Source: Candidatus Omnitrophota bacterium (GTDB lineage: Bacteria > Omnitrophota > Gorgyraeia > Zapsychrales > Fredricksoniimonadaceae). Taken from it: a stretch of DNA of 64,000 nucleotides. A model generated the notes under the pieces. It was not told where the DNA came from, ran no database searches, and was given only the letters and a program-made list of their open reading frames with translations. Made by a program: the position numbers and the translations under genes. Shown in pieces: positions 9,462 to 18,140 of this stretch (the stretch's first letter is position 1; each line of letters opens with the position of its first letter). The stretch is from contig CAIUQE010000003.1 of the NCBI GenBank assembly GCA_903901225.1, positions 23,461-87,460 on the forward strand, given 5' to 3'.

Positions 9462-11063
9462 TTACCAGACATCTTCCCAAAAATTGAAACCATCACTAAT
9501 GCTTTTAAAACCCATCAGCTGATCCGCTACTGTGATAACTTTACATGTTTTATTCCCGTGGACCTTAGGTCCACGTATAACCCTTCCAATCATTTGACTA
9601 AATAAAACAACGGACTTAGTGGGTCGCGCGATAAAAGCAACGCTAGTGCGTGGCGCGTCAAAACCTGTTGTTAAGACCCCATAATTAGTTAGGATGTTTA
9701 AATGATCAGAATCACGAAATTTCTTAATAAGTTGACTTCTATGTTCTGACGGGGTGTGTGATGTAACAGATGCGCACTCCAGTCCTTTCAAATTTAATAA
9801 ATTGGAAAGTAACTTTGCATGCGCCACTGAACAGGCAAACACTAAAATCTTTGCCCCAGACTTAGCCTCCTGAATAATCCTAGTCAACAAAAGCAAATTT
9901 CTACGCTCATCCTGCGCCAGTTTATTCAAGACTTCATCTGGAATGTCTAATTCCTCAGCGATCTTCTTCTTTTCAGCAATAGATAATACAAAGCCGGGGG
10001 TGTACGGCATCCTAATAAACTCAGGAACAGCCAAATACCCTTCTTTCTGAAGATACTCAACGGGCGTTTTATATCCCTTAACTTTTAAAGTTACTTTCTG
10101 ACGATGAAAATACTTTGCTAACTTAATATCCTCCCCTGGGTTCAAAAAGGATCGTCCAGGCGTGGCAGATAAGCCTAAAACAGCCGTCTTTTCAGTTGGG
10201 GCCAGCAAATTAAGTAAATGTTGATATGTGGAGGCCGTTGCTTGATGAGCCTCATCCATAATCACCATATTCACACGGCGTGACATCTCAAGAAAAGATG
10301 GCATTTGCGAAAGGCTTCGTTTATACAACTTGGACAGGCCTGCAACAATAAAACCGTTCTGCGCTTTTGATAAATCAAAATCATAACCAGCATAATAACG
10401 ATAAAGATTAAGTGATTTATTACCTAAGACACTCCATGACTTCTGAAATTCTTCAGCAGCCTGATCACATAACTCCTCTGAATGCGCCAACCATATAACA
10501 AGACAATCTTCAGATTTAGTTCGAAAACAATCTGCTATAACATTCATAGCTGTGCGGGTCTTCCCAGAACCGGTCGGCATATGTAAAAGAACACGCCTGG
10601 GAGAGCTTTCAACAAGCTCAGAGACCTCTCTTACGGCATTCCGTTGATGATCAAACAGAGGATACTGACAAACAGTGCTTGCAATGGGCGGGGTATCCTC
10701 TGAACTATCTTCCGTCGGCAATTCGCAAGCAAAGAAGTTAAAAAGAAGCCTTGTTTTCTTTTGTTTAATAGAAAAGGATTGCCTCTTTAGTGCAAACCAA
10801 GGGTCATCCCCTGCCTGAATACCAAGCGCCAGCGCAAGATGCTCAGCATCCTCCTTCTTTAAAGCCGAAAACAACAACGCCCTCCTTCCAGCATCCAACA
10901 AAATAAAACTGGGCGAGAATTCTTTAAGAATTAAGTTAGAAAGCCGCGGAGCAGAACAACTCCGAACATCTAACTTTTCAAGCAAAGAAATTGCCTGAGG
11001 ACCTAGCATCCCGGACAAATCACTAATTCCTATTCTAGATAAAGCCTCTTTTAGGTCAGGCAT
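9462..11063 (-). CDS. SF2 DEAH-box helicase (ResIII/DEAD-like)
   Basis: Motif I LHMPTGSGKT, motif II MDEAH, motif III LSATP, motif V TTGFDAP, motif VI QMIGRVIRG. Confidence 0.7.
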   Translation of the reverse strand: MPDLKEALSRIGISDLSGMLGPQAISLLEKLDVRSCSAPRLSNLILKEFSPSFILLDAGRRALLFSALKKEDAEHLALALGIQAGDDPWFALKRQSFSIKQKKTRLLFNFFACELPTEDSSEDTPPIASTVCQYPLFDHQRNAVREVSELVESSPRRVLLHMPTGSGKTRTAMNVIADCFRTKSEDCLVIWLAHSEELCDQAAEEFQKSWSVLGNKSLNLYRYYAGYDFDLSKAQNGFIVAGLSKLYKRSLSQMPSFLEMSRRVNMVIMDEAHQATASTYQHLLNLLAPTEKTAVLGLSATPGRSFLNPGEDIKLAKYFHRQKVTLKVKGYKTPVEYLQKEGYLAVPEFIRMPYTPGFVLSIAEKKKIAEELDIPDEVLNKLAQDERRNLLLLTRIIQEAKSGAKILVFACSVAHAKLLSNLLNLKGLECASVTSHTPSEHRSQLIKKFRDSDHLNILTNYGVLTTGFDAPRTSVAFIARPTKSVVLFSQMIGRVIRGPKVHGNKTCKVITVADQLMGFKSISDGFNFWEDVW

Positions 11064-11081
11064 AACAAAATATCCTAGTAA

Positions 11082-11891
11082 TCAAAGATTACAAATCTGA
11101 CACGGGAGCTGGTCATCCTCATGATCTAGCACACTACTTAAAACTTCAACAAGCGGCCTATTGCTTTTGCTCTTCAATTCACGCTCTAGCTCTGTCTCAT
11201 GCTTGCGCTTAATTTCAGCCATACGCTCTGGCTGGACAAGCTCCTCTAAACTTTCACCGGCAATCCATGTGAAACGCTTGCCAGTGACAGGATCTGACTT
11301 CTCATACGCCATTGCTCTCTTAAAAAGATCTGGATGCCTTTCATAAAGGCCTACCCATTCCATGCGCCGCTGGAAGAAACAAAAGAAACAACCGGAACGA
11401 GAGCGCCACTTGTAATACTCAGGCAACCCCAACCCAGCCTCCTCGAGAATTTTCATAACCCCCTGTTTATCAATCTTGTGATCAACAAAAGGGAAAACAC
11501 TTGTAATATCCGCCTTGGGATTCTGATATCCCTTACGACCTTGCTCATCGTATCTGATACCAACATAACTTATTGCCTTATCTTTACCCACAAACTTCTC
11601 TAAGGGCTCAAGTTTAAGATTAACAGTGCACCAACGCATCCTTTGCGACGGCAGAAAGTAATTATTCCTAACCAACCACCAATCAAAGTCCTTCTCGGCG
11701 CTCAATCGCACAATCGGCTTGCCAAGATATTTCTCAAGCTTATGCAAATAGTCATAAGTTTCTTCAAGCTCGACGCCAGTATCACAAAAGAAATACTCAA
11801 TATCCTGGACCTTGTCCCTCATAAAAATAGCAAGAGCACTGCTATCCTTACCGCCGGAGATGCCTAATATATGACGAACTTTCTCTGCCAT
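11082..11891 (-). CDS. sspD: PAPS-reductase/ATP-pyrophosphatase family protein (SspD-like; BREX type 4 BrxP-like)
   Basis: PP-loop ILGISGGKDSSALAIF at the N-terminus. 269 aa, too short for DndC. Sits immediately downstream of the giant ATPase gene. Confidence 0.65.
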   Translation of the reverse strand: MAEKVRHILGISGGKDSSALAIFMRDKVQDIEYFFCDTGVELEETYDYLHKLEKYLGKPIVRLSAEKDFDWWLVRNNYFLPSQRMRWCTVNLKLEPLEKFVGKDKAISYVGIRYDEQGRKGYQNPKADITSVFPFVDHKIDKQGVMKILEEAGLGLPEYYKWRSRSGCFFCFFQRRMEWVGLYERHPDLFKRAMAYEKSDPVTGKRFTWIAGESLEELVQPERMAEIKRKHETELERELKSKSNRPLVEVLSSVLDHEDDQLPCQICNL

Positions 11892-11899
11892 AAAATCCT

Positions 11900-14800
11900 C
11901 TATTTAGACTCTTTAACGAGCATTTTTCTCAAAACTTCGGAAAGTGCCGATAAGAAGATCTCGGGTTTATCAGACAAACCCCGTTCATCAATAAAATCAA
12001 CCAAGCTTTGCTCTAATTGCGAAATCCGCTCTTGGTATTCATCCTGAATGTGAAAAACCTTGGCCATTTCACCATGCTTAGACGAAGTAACCGATATCTG
12101 AGCAATCTCCCCTTTTATGTCGCCAGAAATCCTTCCCCGCTCTAAAGCTATCTGTTCATATTTCTTAATTTTGTGATGGAAAGCTGCCATCTCATGCTCA
12201 TACTTTAATAAATCAGCATCCGTCCATTCCAAAGGGGGGCGACCAGTGACAACTGTAGCAATCGATTCAAGCCAGGACTTATTAGGCAAATGATCCGCCA
12301 CCCGAACCAAAAACCCCTTAAATGAAGGATCCAGAGTTACATCAATGACCAATTTAGACCTTTCCGAGATATTCGACCGCGCGTCAGAAGCTCGAGGATC
12401 AACATTAAAGGCTCGATAAAGAATCTCTTGAATGTCGTTAAAGAGCTTATTCTCCTCTTTCTGTAACTCGGCAATGCTTTCTCTGAGCTTCTCAACAAAA
12501 GCCTTAACCTCAGATTCCTGTTCCCCATCGATATTCTGAAAAGGCTTAAACCCGCAAGCAATCGGTAAATCACGGTACAAAAGCCCCGCAGGTTCTTTGG
12601 CTTCTAAGAGACACGCCCTTACTAAGCGAGTTCTTTCAGAAACATTGCGAGTCTTTTTAACATAAGTAGGAAGCCTGTTTGCAAACTCACAAAAGATTTT
12701 AACAATCTGAAGGATCGAGCCTTTTTCCTTAAACTTCTTTTGCCCCGCTTGATCCAAGAATGTCGCTATTAAATTGTCAAAAACAACTGCGCGCACTCCT
12801 TCTATCAAACAAAGCTGAACTTCGTAGTTCTTAGGGACCCTCGCCATCAATTCAAAATCCAACGCCGTTGGTTTAGGCAAAAATGTTCCCTGGTCAAACA
12901 AGGCAAATTCATTCTCATAAGCCATATAAAACGCAAGCAATACGACCGGAATAACTCCTTCACGAACACCAAAAGGCGGTTGCATTAAAAACTGATACAA
13001 TTCTAAAAGGGGGATTTTCCTTTCTCCGTTTTCTTTCAAATAAGATAAAAGACCTTTCAAGACGCCGCGCCAATGTGGGGCAACCTTTTCAGGTTCGCGA
13101 ACAAACTCCCAATAGCCATCGCCTGACTTTTGGTGCAGCTGCCCTTCAAAACACACAGCCATATACATGCTATATTCGGCAGGATATCCCTCGATCCCTA
13201 GACGCTCCTTCATATGCGAACTCATCATCCCATCCATCAACAATCGCCGACCCTGCGTCGCTGAGGAAGATATTCTCCGACGATTCAAAATTTCGTTCTT
13301 AATAATCGGCGCTTTAGAATAAATCTTATCGCAGATGTCCGAAACCCACTTGCTCAGAAGCTTTTCAGAAACCCCCTTCCGAGCCCCTTCTAAATCAAGC
13401 CAAACGACTGATTCCCCCAGTTCCCGGTCAGGTGCAAAGAATGTTTCATACGCGAGAGAAAGGACTTGTTTCTCAACCTCCAATAAGCGCGAATCAAGCT
13501 CACGCCGGGCGATTGCGTCACCCTGTAAAGCTGGGGTTTCTTTTCTAATCAACTGAAGCGCTACTAATTCAACAAAAGCATCTAACAAACGAATCGCATC
13601 ATTCGGCCGACTTATAATTGTCGCTCTTTGTACTTGCTTAGACGCACCTTCCAATAACGATTGAAGCTCCTTTGATGATCGCCGAACCGAATCTGTTGAT
13701 AAACAAAACAAGATTTGTCCGTCTACTCCTTCGATTGGCTTCTTCAACTCTTCCATTAAATCTTTATCAAGAACATACTTCTTCTTAAAGAACCGCAGAG
13801 TGCCAGATGTGAATAAATGCCTTTTGGCAACCTGAGGTCGTAACGGGAACTGCTCATTAAGCCTAGCAACCAAATCTTTGTGTGAAAACCCAGCAGCTTT
13901 CTTCTCAGATAACAACTGCTCGATATCTATATCACTGCCCCCCCAAATTGCGTATGACCCAGAATAACGGCGAAAAACAACAACCGATCTTCTCATAAGA
14001 GCACTGACACCCTCTTTAAGCCTCTTACGTTCAGCCGGGCCTCTGAGATCCAGCGCACAAATCAGTGCTTCTTCATTGACGGATATTCCTAGCGTATCCG
14101 CCATAATGTTCAACATTCCTATCGTCTTGAGCAAAGACCTCTCAAACGCATCTGAAGTCCTCGCCAAGGCGTGCTCAATCTCAGCCCAACGCTTTCCATC
14201 ATGCTGCACGAAAAGCTTCCCACCAAAATTTACAACAAAATAATCGTAGAGATTCGCAAGGGTAAAAAACTGCACCTTCGCCATATCATGAGGCAATTCA
14301 TTCTGAGCAAGAAAGTCCAAGAAGCCTTTGCTTTCAGATGATGTAAGAAAAGCAAACAAGCTGCGCTCATTCTGCAAAAAGCGGCTTCTAAAGAGTGGCG
14401 CCAAAGAGATGGCCGTCAAGGGGTGCAAAGGAAGACACTTTTCGAGAATCTTTATGACTTTCTCAGAAGACAATGAGGAGGGACTTGAAAACACTTCACG
14501 GTAAGCTTTAAATAATGGCTCGACCGTTATATCAATAACCTTTTTCTCTGTTGATGACCCAATATAATCTATGGCAGATGAAATGAGCTTAACAGTCTGA
14601 TCACTGGGGTCGACAAAAGATATCTCTTCGAACCTCCCTTGGATTTTAGCCCACTCATTACGTTTGTTGGATTCAAGTTTGGAAGCATAGCGATCAAAAG
14701 ACTGATGCAGAACGGTAAAGAAAAGAATCGGAAAGTCGCTAGACCTAGACGAAAACTCGGCGAGTCTTTGAAGAATGAAAATATCATTCTCCGAATTAAG

Positions 14801-15424
14801 CGCAGCAGATTCCAACGACTTTCCTAACTCATCAATTACCAGCAATAGGCCAGGAACATGATCCTTTCTCAAATACTCGCAAACATCTCTAAAAACACTC
14901 AGAACATCATCACTCGTGACAACCTTCCCCTGCTCTCCACGCTTTAAAAGAAGCGCGATGTCAGCGAAGACCTGGGGTCTCCTTCCCCTCGCCCCTTCTA
15001 AATGTTCAACTAAGCCGCGCATCACACCCTTGAGAATGGCAAGTTCTAGAGGTTCACGACTAGCTGAAATAATCGATCGAAAGAACCCACTACCTTTCTT
15101 GCCGATCGTCAAACTGGAAAAAAGCTTCTCCGAAAGTTTACTGCTGGCGCTAGTTAACAAATCCCTACTTAAAGAAGCTGCCCTGCACCCCTTACCACCG
15201 AGCAGATTCTTTAAATAAACGATGAAAGCTGACTTCCCTGTCCCATAAGGACCAATGATAGACCACGCCCTTGTCGAAACCGGTGAAGACAAACTCTTCG
15301 TGATACTATCAAGAACCTTCAGCCCAGATTCAGTTAAGACATACCCGTCGACATGATCGTCCATCTCCACTTGAACGGAACGATGGAAACGCGCCCGGAC
15401 TGTAAATAATTCATTAAATTTCAT
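11900..15424 (-). CDS. sspC: large P-loop ATPase, 1174 aa (DUF499/BrxC-like; SspC-like)
   Basis: Walker A IIGPYGTGKSAFIVYL near the N-terminus. The size and position between a DUF4007-like gene and a PAPS-reductase gene match SspC/BrxC architecture. Start overlaps the upstream gene stop (15424). Confidence 0.5.
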   Translation of the reverse strand: MKFNELFTVRARFHRSVQVEMDDHVDGYVLTESGLKVLDSITKSLSSPVSTRAWSIIGPYGTGKSAFIVYLKNLLGGKGCRAASLSRDLLTSASSKLSEKLFSSLTIGKKGSGFFRSIISASREPLELAILKGVMRGLVEHLEGARGRRPQVFADIALLLKRGEQGKVVTSDDVLSVFRDVCEYLRKDHVPGLLLVIDELGKSLESAALNSENDIFILQRLAEFSSRSSDFPILFFTVLHQSFDRYASKLESNKRNEWAKIQGRFEEISFVDPSDQTVKLISSAIDYIGSSTEKKVIDITVEPLFKAYREVFSSPSSLSSEKVIKILEKCLPLHPLTAISLAPLFRSRFLQNERSLFAFLTSSESKGFLDFLAQNELPHDMAKVQFFTLANLYDYFVVNFGGKLFVQHDGKRWAEIEHALARTSDAFERSLLKTIGMLNIMADTLGISVNEEALICALDLRGPAERKRLKEGVSALMRRSVVVFRRYSGSYAIWGGSDIDIEQLLSEKKAAGFSHKDLVARLNEQFPLRPQVAKRHLFTSGTLRFFKKKYVLDKDLMEELKKPIEGVDGQILFCLSTDSVRRSSKELQSLLEGASKQVQRATIISRPNDAIRLLDAFVELVALQLIRKETPALQGDAIARRELDSRLLEVEKQVLSLAYETFFAPDRELGESVVWLDLEGARKGVSEKLLSKWVSDICDKIYSKAPIIKNEILNRRRISSSATQGRRLLMDGMMSSHMKERLGIEGYPAEYSMYMAVCFEGQLHQKSGDGYWEFVREPEKVAPHWRGVLKGLLSYLKENGERKIPLLELYQFLMQPPFGVREGVIPVVLLAFYMAYENEFALFDQGTFLPKPTALDFELMARVPKNYEVQLCLIEGVRAVVFDNLIATFLDQAGQKKFKEKGSILQIVKIFCEFANRLPTYVKKTRNVSERTRLVRACLLEAKEPAGLLYRDLPIACGFKPFQNIDGEQESEVKAFVEKLRESIAELQKEENKLFNDIQEILYRAFNVDPRASDARSNISERSKLVIDVTLDPSFKGFLVRVADHLPNKSWLESIATVVTGRPPLEWTDADLLKYEHEMAAFHHKIKKYEQIALERGRISGDIKGEIAQISVTSSKHGEMAKVFHIQDEYQERISQLEQSLVDFIDERGLSDKPEIFLSALSEVLRKMLVKESK

Positions 15425-16362
15425 TATGCCTTCCGCTCGAAATACTTCTTTAGGTATTCCATTGGCTCCGGTGTTGGCGACCTGCGATAAAGCTGCCTTA
15501 ACCCAGACGTCTCATCAAAAGTAATTTGCCCATTTGTTAAACGTTCAATCTTCTCAAACCTACGTATCAAAGAATCCTCGTCAATCTTAAAAATAAGCCC
15601 TGGCGACGCCTCACCATAAGCAAGCTCCTCCAAGGAAAGAACATCTCCTTGCCCCTTTACTTTATGCCAGTAATCAAGCACAGCAAAAACTAAAAGCTCA
15701 TCGGGAAGACCCTTCTTGTCCCCACGTGAAAAAACAAATAATCCCTTCTGGCCAGCTTCAAACACTAGCTCCAACTCCACCAAAGGGCAGTCTAATGAAT
15801 CCTCTAAAAGCGTCGCGACAGAAACATTCTTTGACGGAACATAAGACCTGACAAAACAATCAATATCACGGGTTAAAGTATTGGGCGTCAATCTCGAATT
15901 ATTCTGACGAGCAAACTCCATCAGCTCCGCGAACAGATGCTCCTTAGTAAACTCAACCGAAGAAAGCTTATTAAATGCATAAAACCACGTCGAAGCTCCG
16001 CTCTTTTCCGAGGCCAAGAACCAGTGAAGAAGCCATAAAGTTGCCCCGTCTTCTAAATATGGATCCCAGCCATTATCAAAAAACAATTTCTTACCTAATG
16101 AAGTGACCTGAACTCCAGAAGCCTCTCCATTCTCTGCAGGAAGATCCTCGATCACCTTTAGTATCGTGGCCCAGTACTTAATAGCATCCACCATATTCTT
16201 ACCGACACCTAGACACACTAATGCGTCATCCTTTCTAAACAAGAAAGAATCAGAAGAAACAGCATCGACCACCTTTTTTAACCAGGTATAGCGAAAAGGG
16301 AAAGTGCCATGACCGGAGAAATTAAGCTTAAAAGAAGATTTTTCCAATGTTGAAACGCTCAT
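15424..16362 (-). CDS. sspB: DUF4007-like protein (SspB-like), first gene of operon
   Basis: N-terminal FSGHGTFPFRYTWLKK motif, which I recall as typical of DUF4007. No DGQHR (DndB) motif. 312 aa. This call is from memory of the family, not a search. Confidence 0.4.
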   Translation of the reverse strand: MSVSTLEKSSFKLNFSGHGTFPFRYTWLKKVVDAVSSDSFLFRKDDALVCLGVGKNMVDAIKYWATILKVIEDLPAENGEASGVQVTSLGKKLFFDNGWDPYLEDGATLWLLHWFLASEKSGASTWFYAFNKLSSVEFTKEHLFAELMEFARQNNSRLTPNTLTRDIDCFVRSYVPSKNVSVATLLEDSLDCPLVELELVFEAGQKGLFVFSRGDKKGLPDELLVFAVLDYWHKVKGQGDVLSLEELAYGEASPGLIFKIDEDSLIRRFEKIERLTNGQITFDETSGLRQLYRRSPTPEPMEYLKKYFERKA

Positions 16363-16656
16363 TCGAACGACTTTCTATGTTCTTTTTCTTAGTTGTTAAT
16401 AAAAGATACTATTTAAAAAAACAAATAATCTGCACTTCTGTGCCAGCAACTAACGTAAAAGGCACCGATTCTCATCAAATCCTTGATTTTTTAACTTATA
16501 ACATATTAACATTATTCTTTTAACTTTCTACTGCTTAATAGGTCTTACACAATCCTAGTAAATCTTTTAAATTAAATCCTCTCTAATTTCGACCTATTTA
16601 TGCTTCTAGATAAGCCCAAAACTGATGCCCCCCATCACTGACCACCAATCACTTCA
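16363..16656 (-). promoter_or_regulatory. AT-rich intergenic region upstream of the ssp-like operon (presumed promoter/operator)
   Basis: About 290 bp AT-rich spacer between two minus-strand genes. The operon ATG lies at 16362. No confident -35/-10 assignment. Confidence 0.3.
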
Positions 16657-16989
16657 CTAAGCAATCTTAATTATGCGATCACCGTTAGGATTGCTCGGAT
16701 CTTCCATCGGCACATGATACTCAACTGAGAACTTATCGCCGACCTCTACCTTTAATTTCTTTGCTAAAACAATCCCAGAATCATTCCATTCTTGCCAATT
16801 AAATACCGGCTGGTCATAGTGCCGTTCAAAATCAATAACCCACTCTGCAAACAACTTTTCAAGCTCTTTGGAAATCCCATATTCTTCAGGAAAGCCACAA
16901 ACAGAATCAGCAATGTTCCCGCCACATTTATATGGAGGTTCATCAGGATACCGAAGCCAAGCGTACGGCCCCATCCCAAAATCGGCCAT
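16657..16989 (-). CDS. hypothetical protein
   Basis: ORF 16657..17019, likely starting at MADFGMGPYAWLRY. No domain recognised. Confidence 0.3.
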   Translation of the reverse strand: MADFGMGPYAWLRYPDEPPYKCGGNIADSVCGFPEEYGISKELEKLFAEWVIDFERHYDQPVFNWQEWNDSGIVLAKKLKVEVGDKFSVEYHVPMEDPSNPNGDRIIKIA

Positions 16990-17015
16990 AATAACAAGGG
17001 TTAACGTATGATCCC

Positions 17016-17165
17016 TCACTTAATCTTTTCCCCGCACCCAGGACAGTCAACTTCGTCGTCAAACAAAATACTTTTGTCAACTGAAGTGCCACATTTCGGA
17101 CACTTGATCGTGTCCGCACCGACAACAGCATCGTAAATAACAAATTCATCGAATAAGTCATCCAT
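17016..17165 (-). CDS. small zinc-ribbon protein (~49 aa)
   Basis: MDDLFDEFVIYDAVVGADTIKCPKCGTSVDKSILFDDEVDCPGCGEKIK carries two CxxC pairs. Confidence 0.35.
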   Translation of the reverse strand: MDDLFDEFVIYDAVVGADTIKCPKCGTSVDKSILFDDEVDCPGCGEKIK

Positions 17166-17285
17166 GTTATCTCCCTTACTGAATAGAACTATAAAACACA
17201 CCTGCGACAACGTTATGTCGCGTAGAATAAAAAAGCCTCGCCTTTAAGCGAAGCTCGCAAAATTACACCCTTATCGTAGGCCCAT

Positions 17286-18116
17286 CTAAATCTTTGAGGC
17301 ATCCATGACAGAATCTAGCTTTAACAATGTATGTTCGTTGTATTCCAAAACTCGCCACTCATGAATTTTATTCCAGAAAACAATTAAGCTTTTCAAACAA
17401 TAAGATTTATCGTCGAGAATGTTTTTAAGCACTGAATGCGTCTTCCGATCTTCTGGGGACGGCAAGGTCCAATTAGTACAAACAGGGTGATTGTGATACT
17501 GCCGCACTTCGTCACAGCTATTTGCTTTTATATATTCTCGCCAATTACGCGGATCGTCCGCAGGTTTACACCTACGGGCGCTGCCGATTCTAGCTGTAAC
17601 TTTTATAACAATCCCATTTCGGCAAAAGGCGGTTAACCAAACCTCTTTCTTTTCCTTTGACATGCCAACACATAAACTCTCTTCAAAGTCAGCAACTTTC
17701 TTCCCTACCCCACCAAAAGCGCTTTTGAAAGTTTGCCCTTTTTCTCGATCCTTGTACTTCGCGAAAACATCCAAAACTTTCTTTGAAAGAAATCTGATCC
17801 TTTCTTCCAGACCATGAATCTCCTGTGTGATTTTCTTAAAAGGAGAAATCAGTTTGTTCAGAAGCCAATAAAAGAAACCGACCGAAACTATACCTGCCAA
17901 CGGAACAAGGTACATCCAAGCCATCACCATGCCCGCGTCGGCCTTTACATGGCTTAAATATGAAACAAGACATACAACGACTAAGGTCACCGGTATACCG
18001 ACGATAAAGTTACGAATTCTCAACAATGATGTTAAACGAACGCTTAGATTGTCATACTCCGACTTGTTCGCTTGTACTAAAGCTATATGGTTAGGTTCGT
18101 ATGATTTCAAATACAT
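17286..18116 (-). CDS. membrane-anchored protein with possible JAB/RadC-like metalloprotease motif
   Basis: Two predicted TM helices (IVGIPVTLVVVCLVSYL, MAWMYLVPLAGIVSVGFFYWLL). C-terminal YHNHPVCTNWTLPSPEDR resembles the RadC/JAMM HNHPSG...PS..D motif, but the spacing is atypical. Confidence 0.3.
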   Translation of the reverse strand: MYLKSYEPNHIALVQANKSEYDNLSVRLTSLLRIRNFIVGIPVTLVVVCLVSYLSHVKADAGMVMAWMYLVPLAGIVSVGFFYWLLNKLISPFKKITQEIHGLEERIRFLSKKVLDVFAKYKDREKGQTFKSAFGGVGKKVADFEESLCVGMSKEKKEVWLTAFCRNGIVIKVTARIGSARRCKPADDPRNWREYIKANSCDEVRQYHNHPVCTNWTLPSPEDRKTHSVLKNILDDKSYCLKSLIVFWNKIHEWRVLEYNEHTLLKLDSVMDASKI

Positions 18117-18140
18117 ATAATTTCAATCAACAACGTATAA

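Noticed and set aside
16421-16437. Sigma-54-like TGGCAC-N5-TGCA element on the minus strand about 60 nt upstream of the sspB-like start.
   Set aside because: The GG-to-GC spacing is one base short of the consensus (TGGCAC-N5-TTGCA) and the -12 element reads TGCAG. No enhancer-binding protein gene is nearby. Too weak to call.
16764-17004. Overlapping small ORFs 16764..16997 (-), 16792..17004 (+) and 16943..17161 (-) within or around gene 16657..17019.
   Set aside because: They are alternative frames of the same low-GC segment, with no motifs and no independent ribosome-binding sites. Only the longest same-operon frame is kept.
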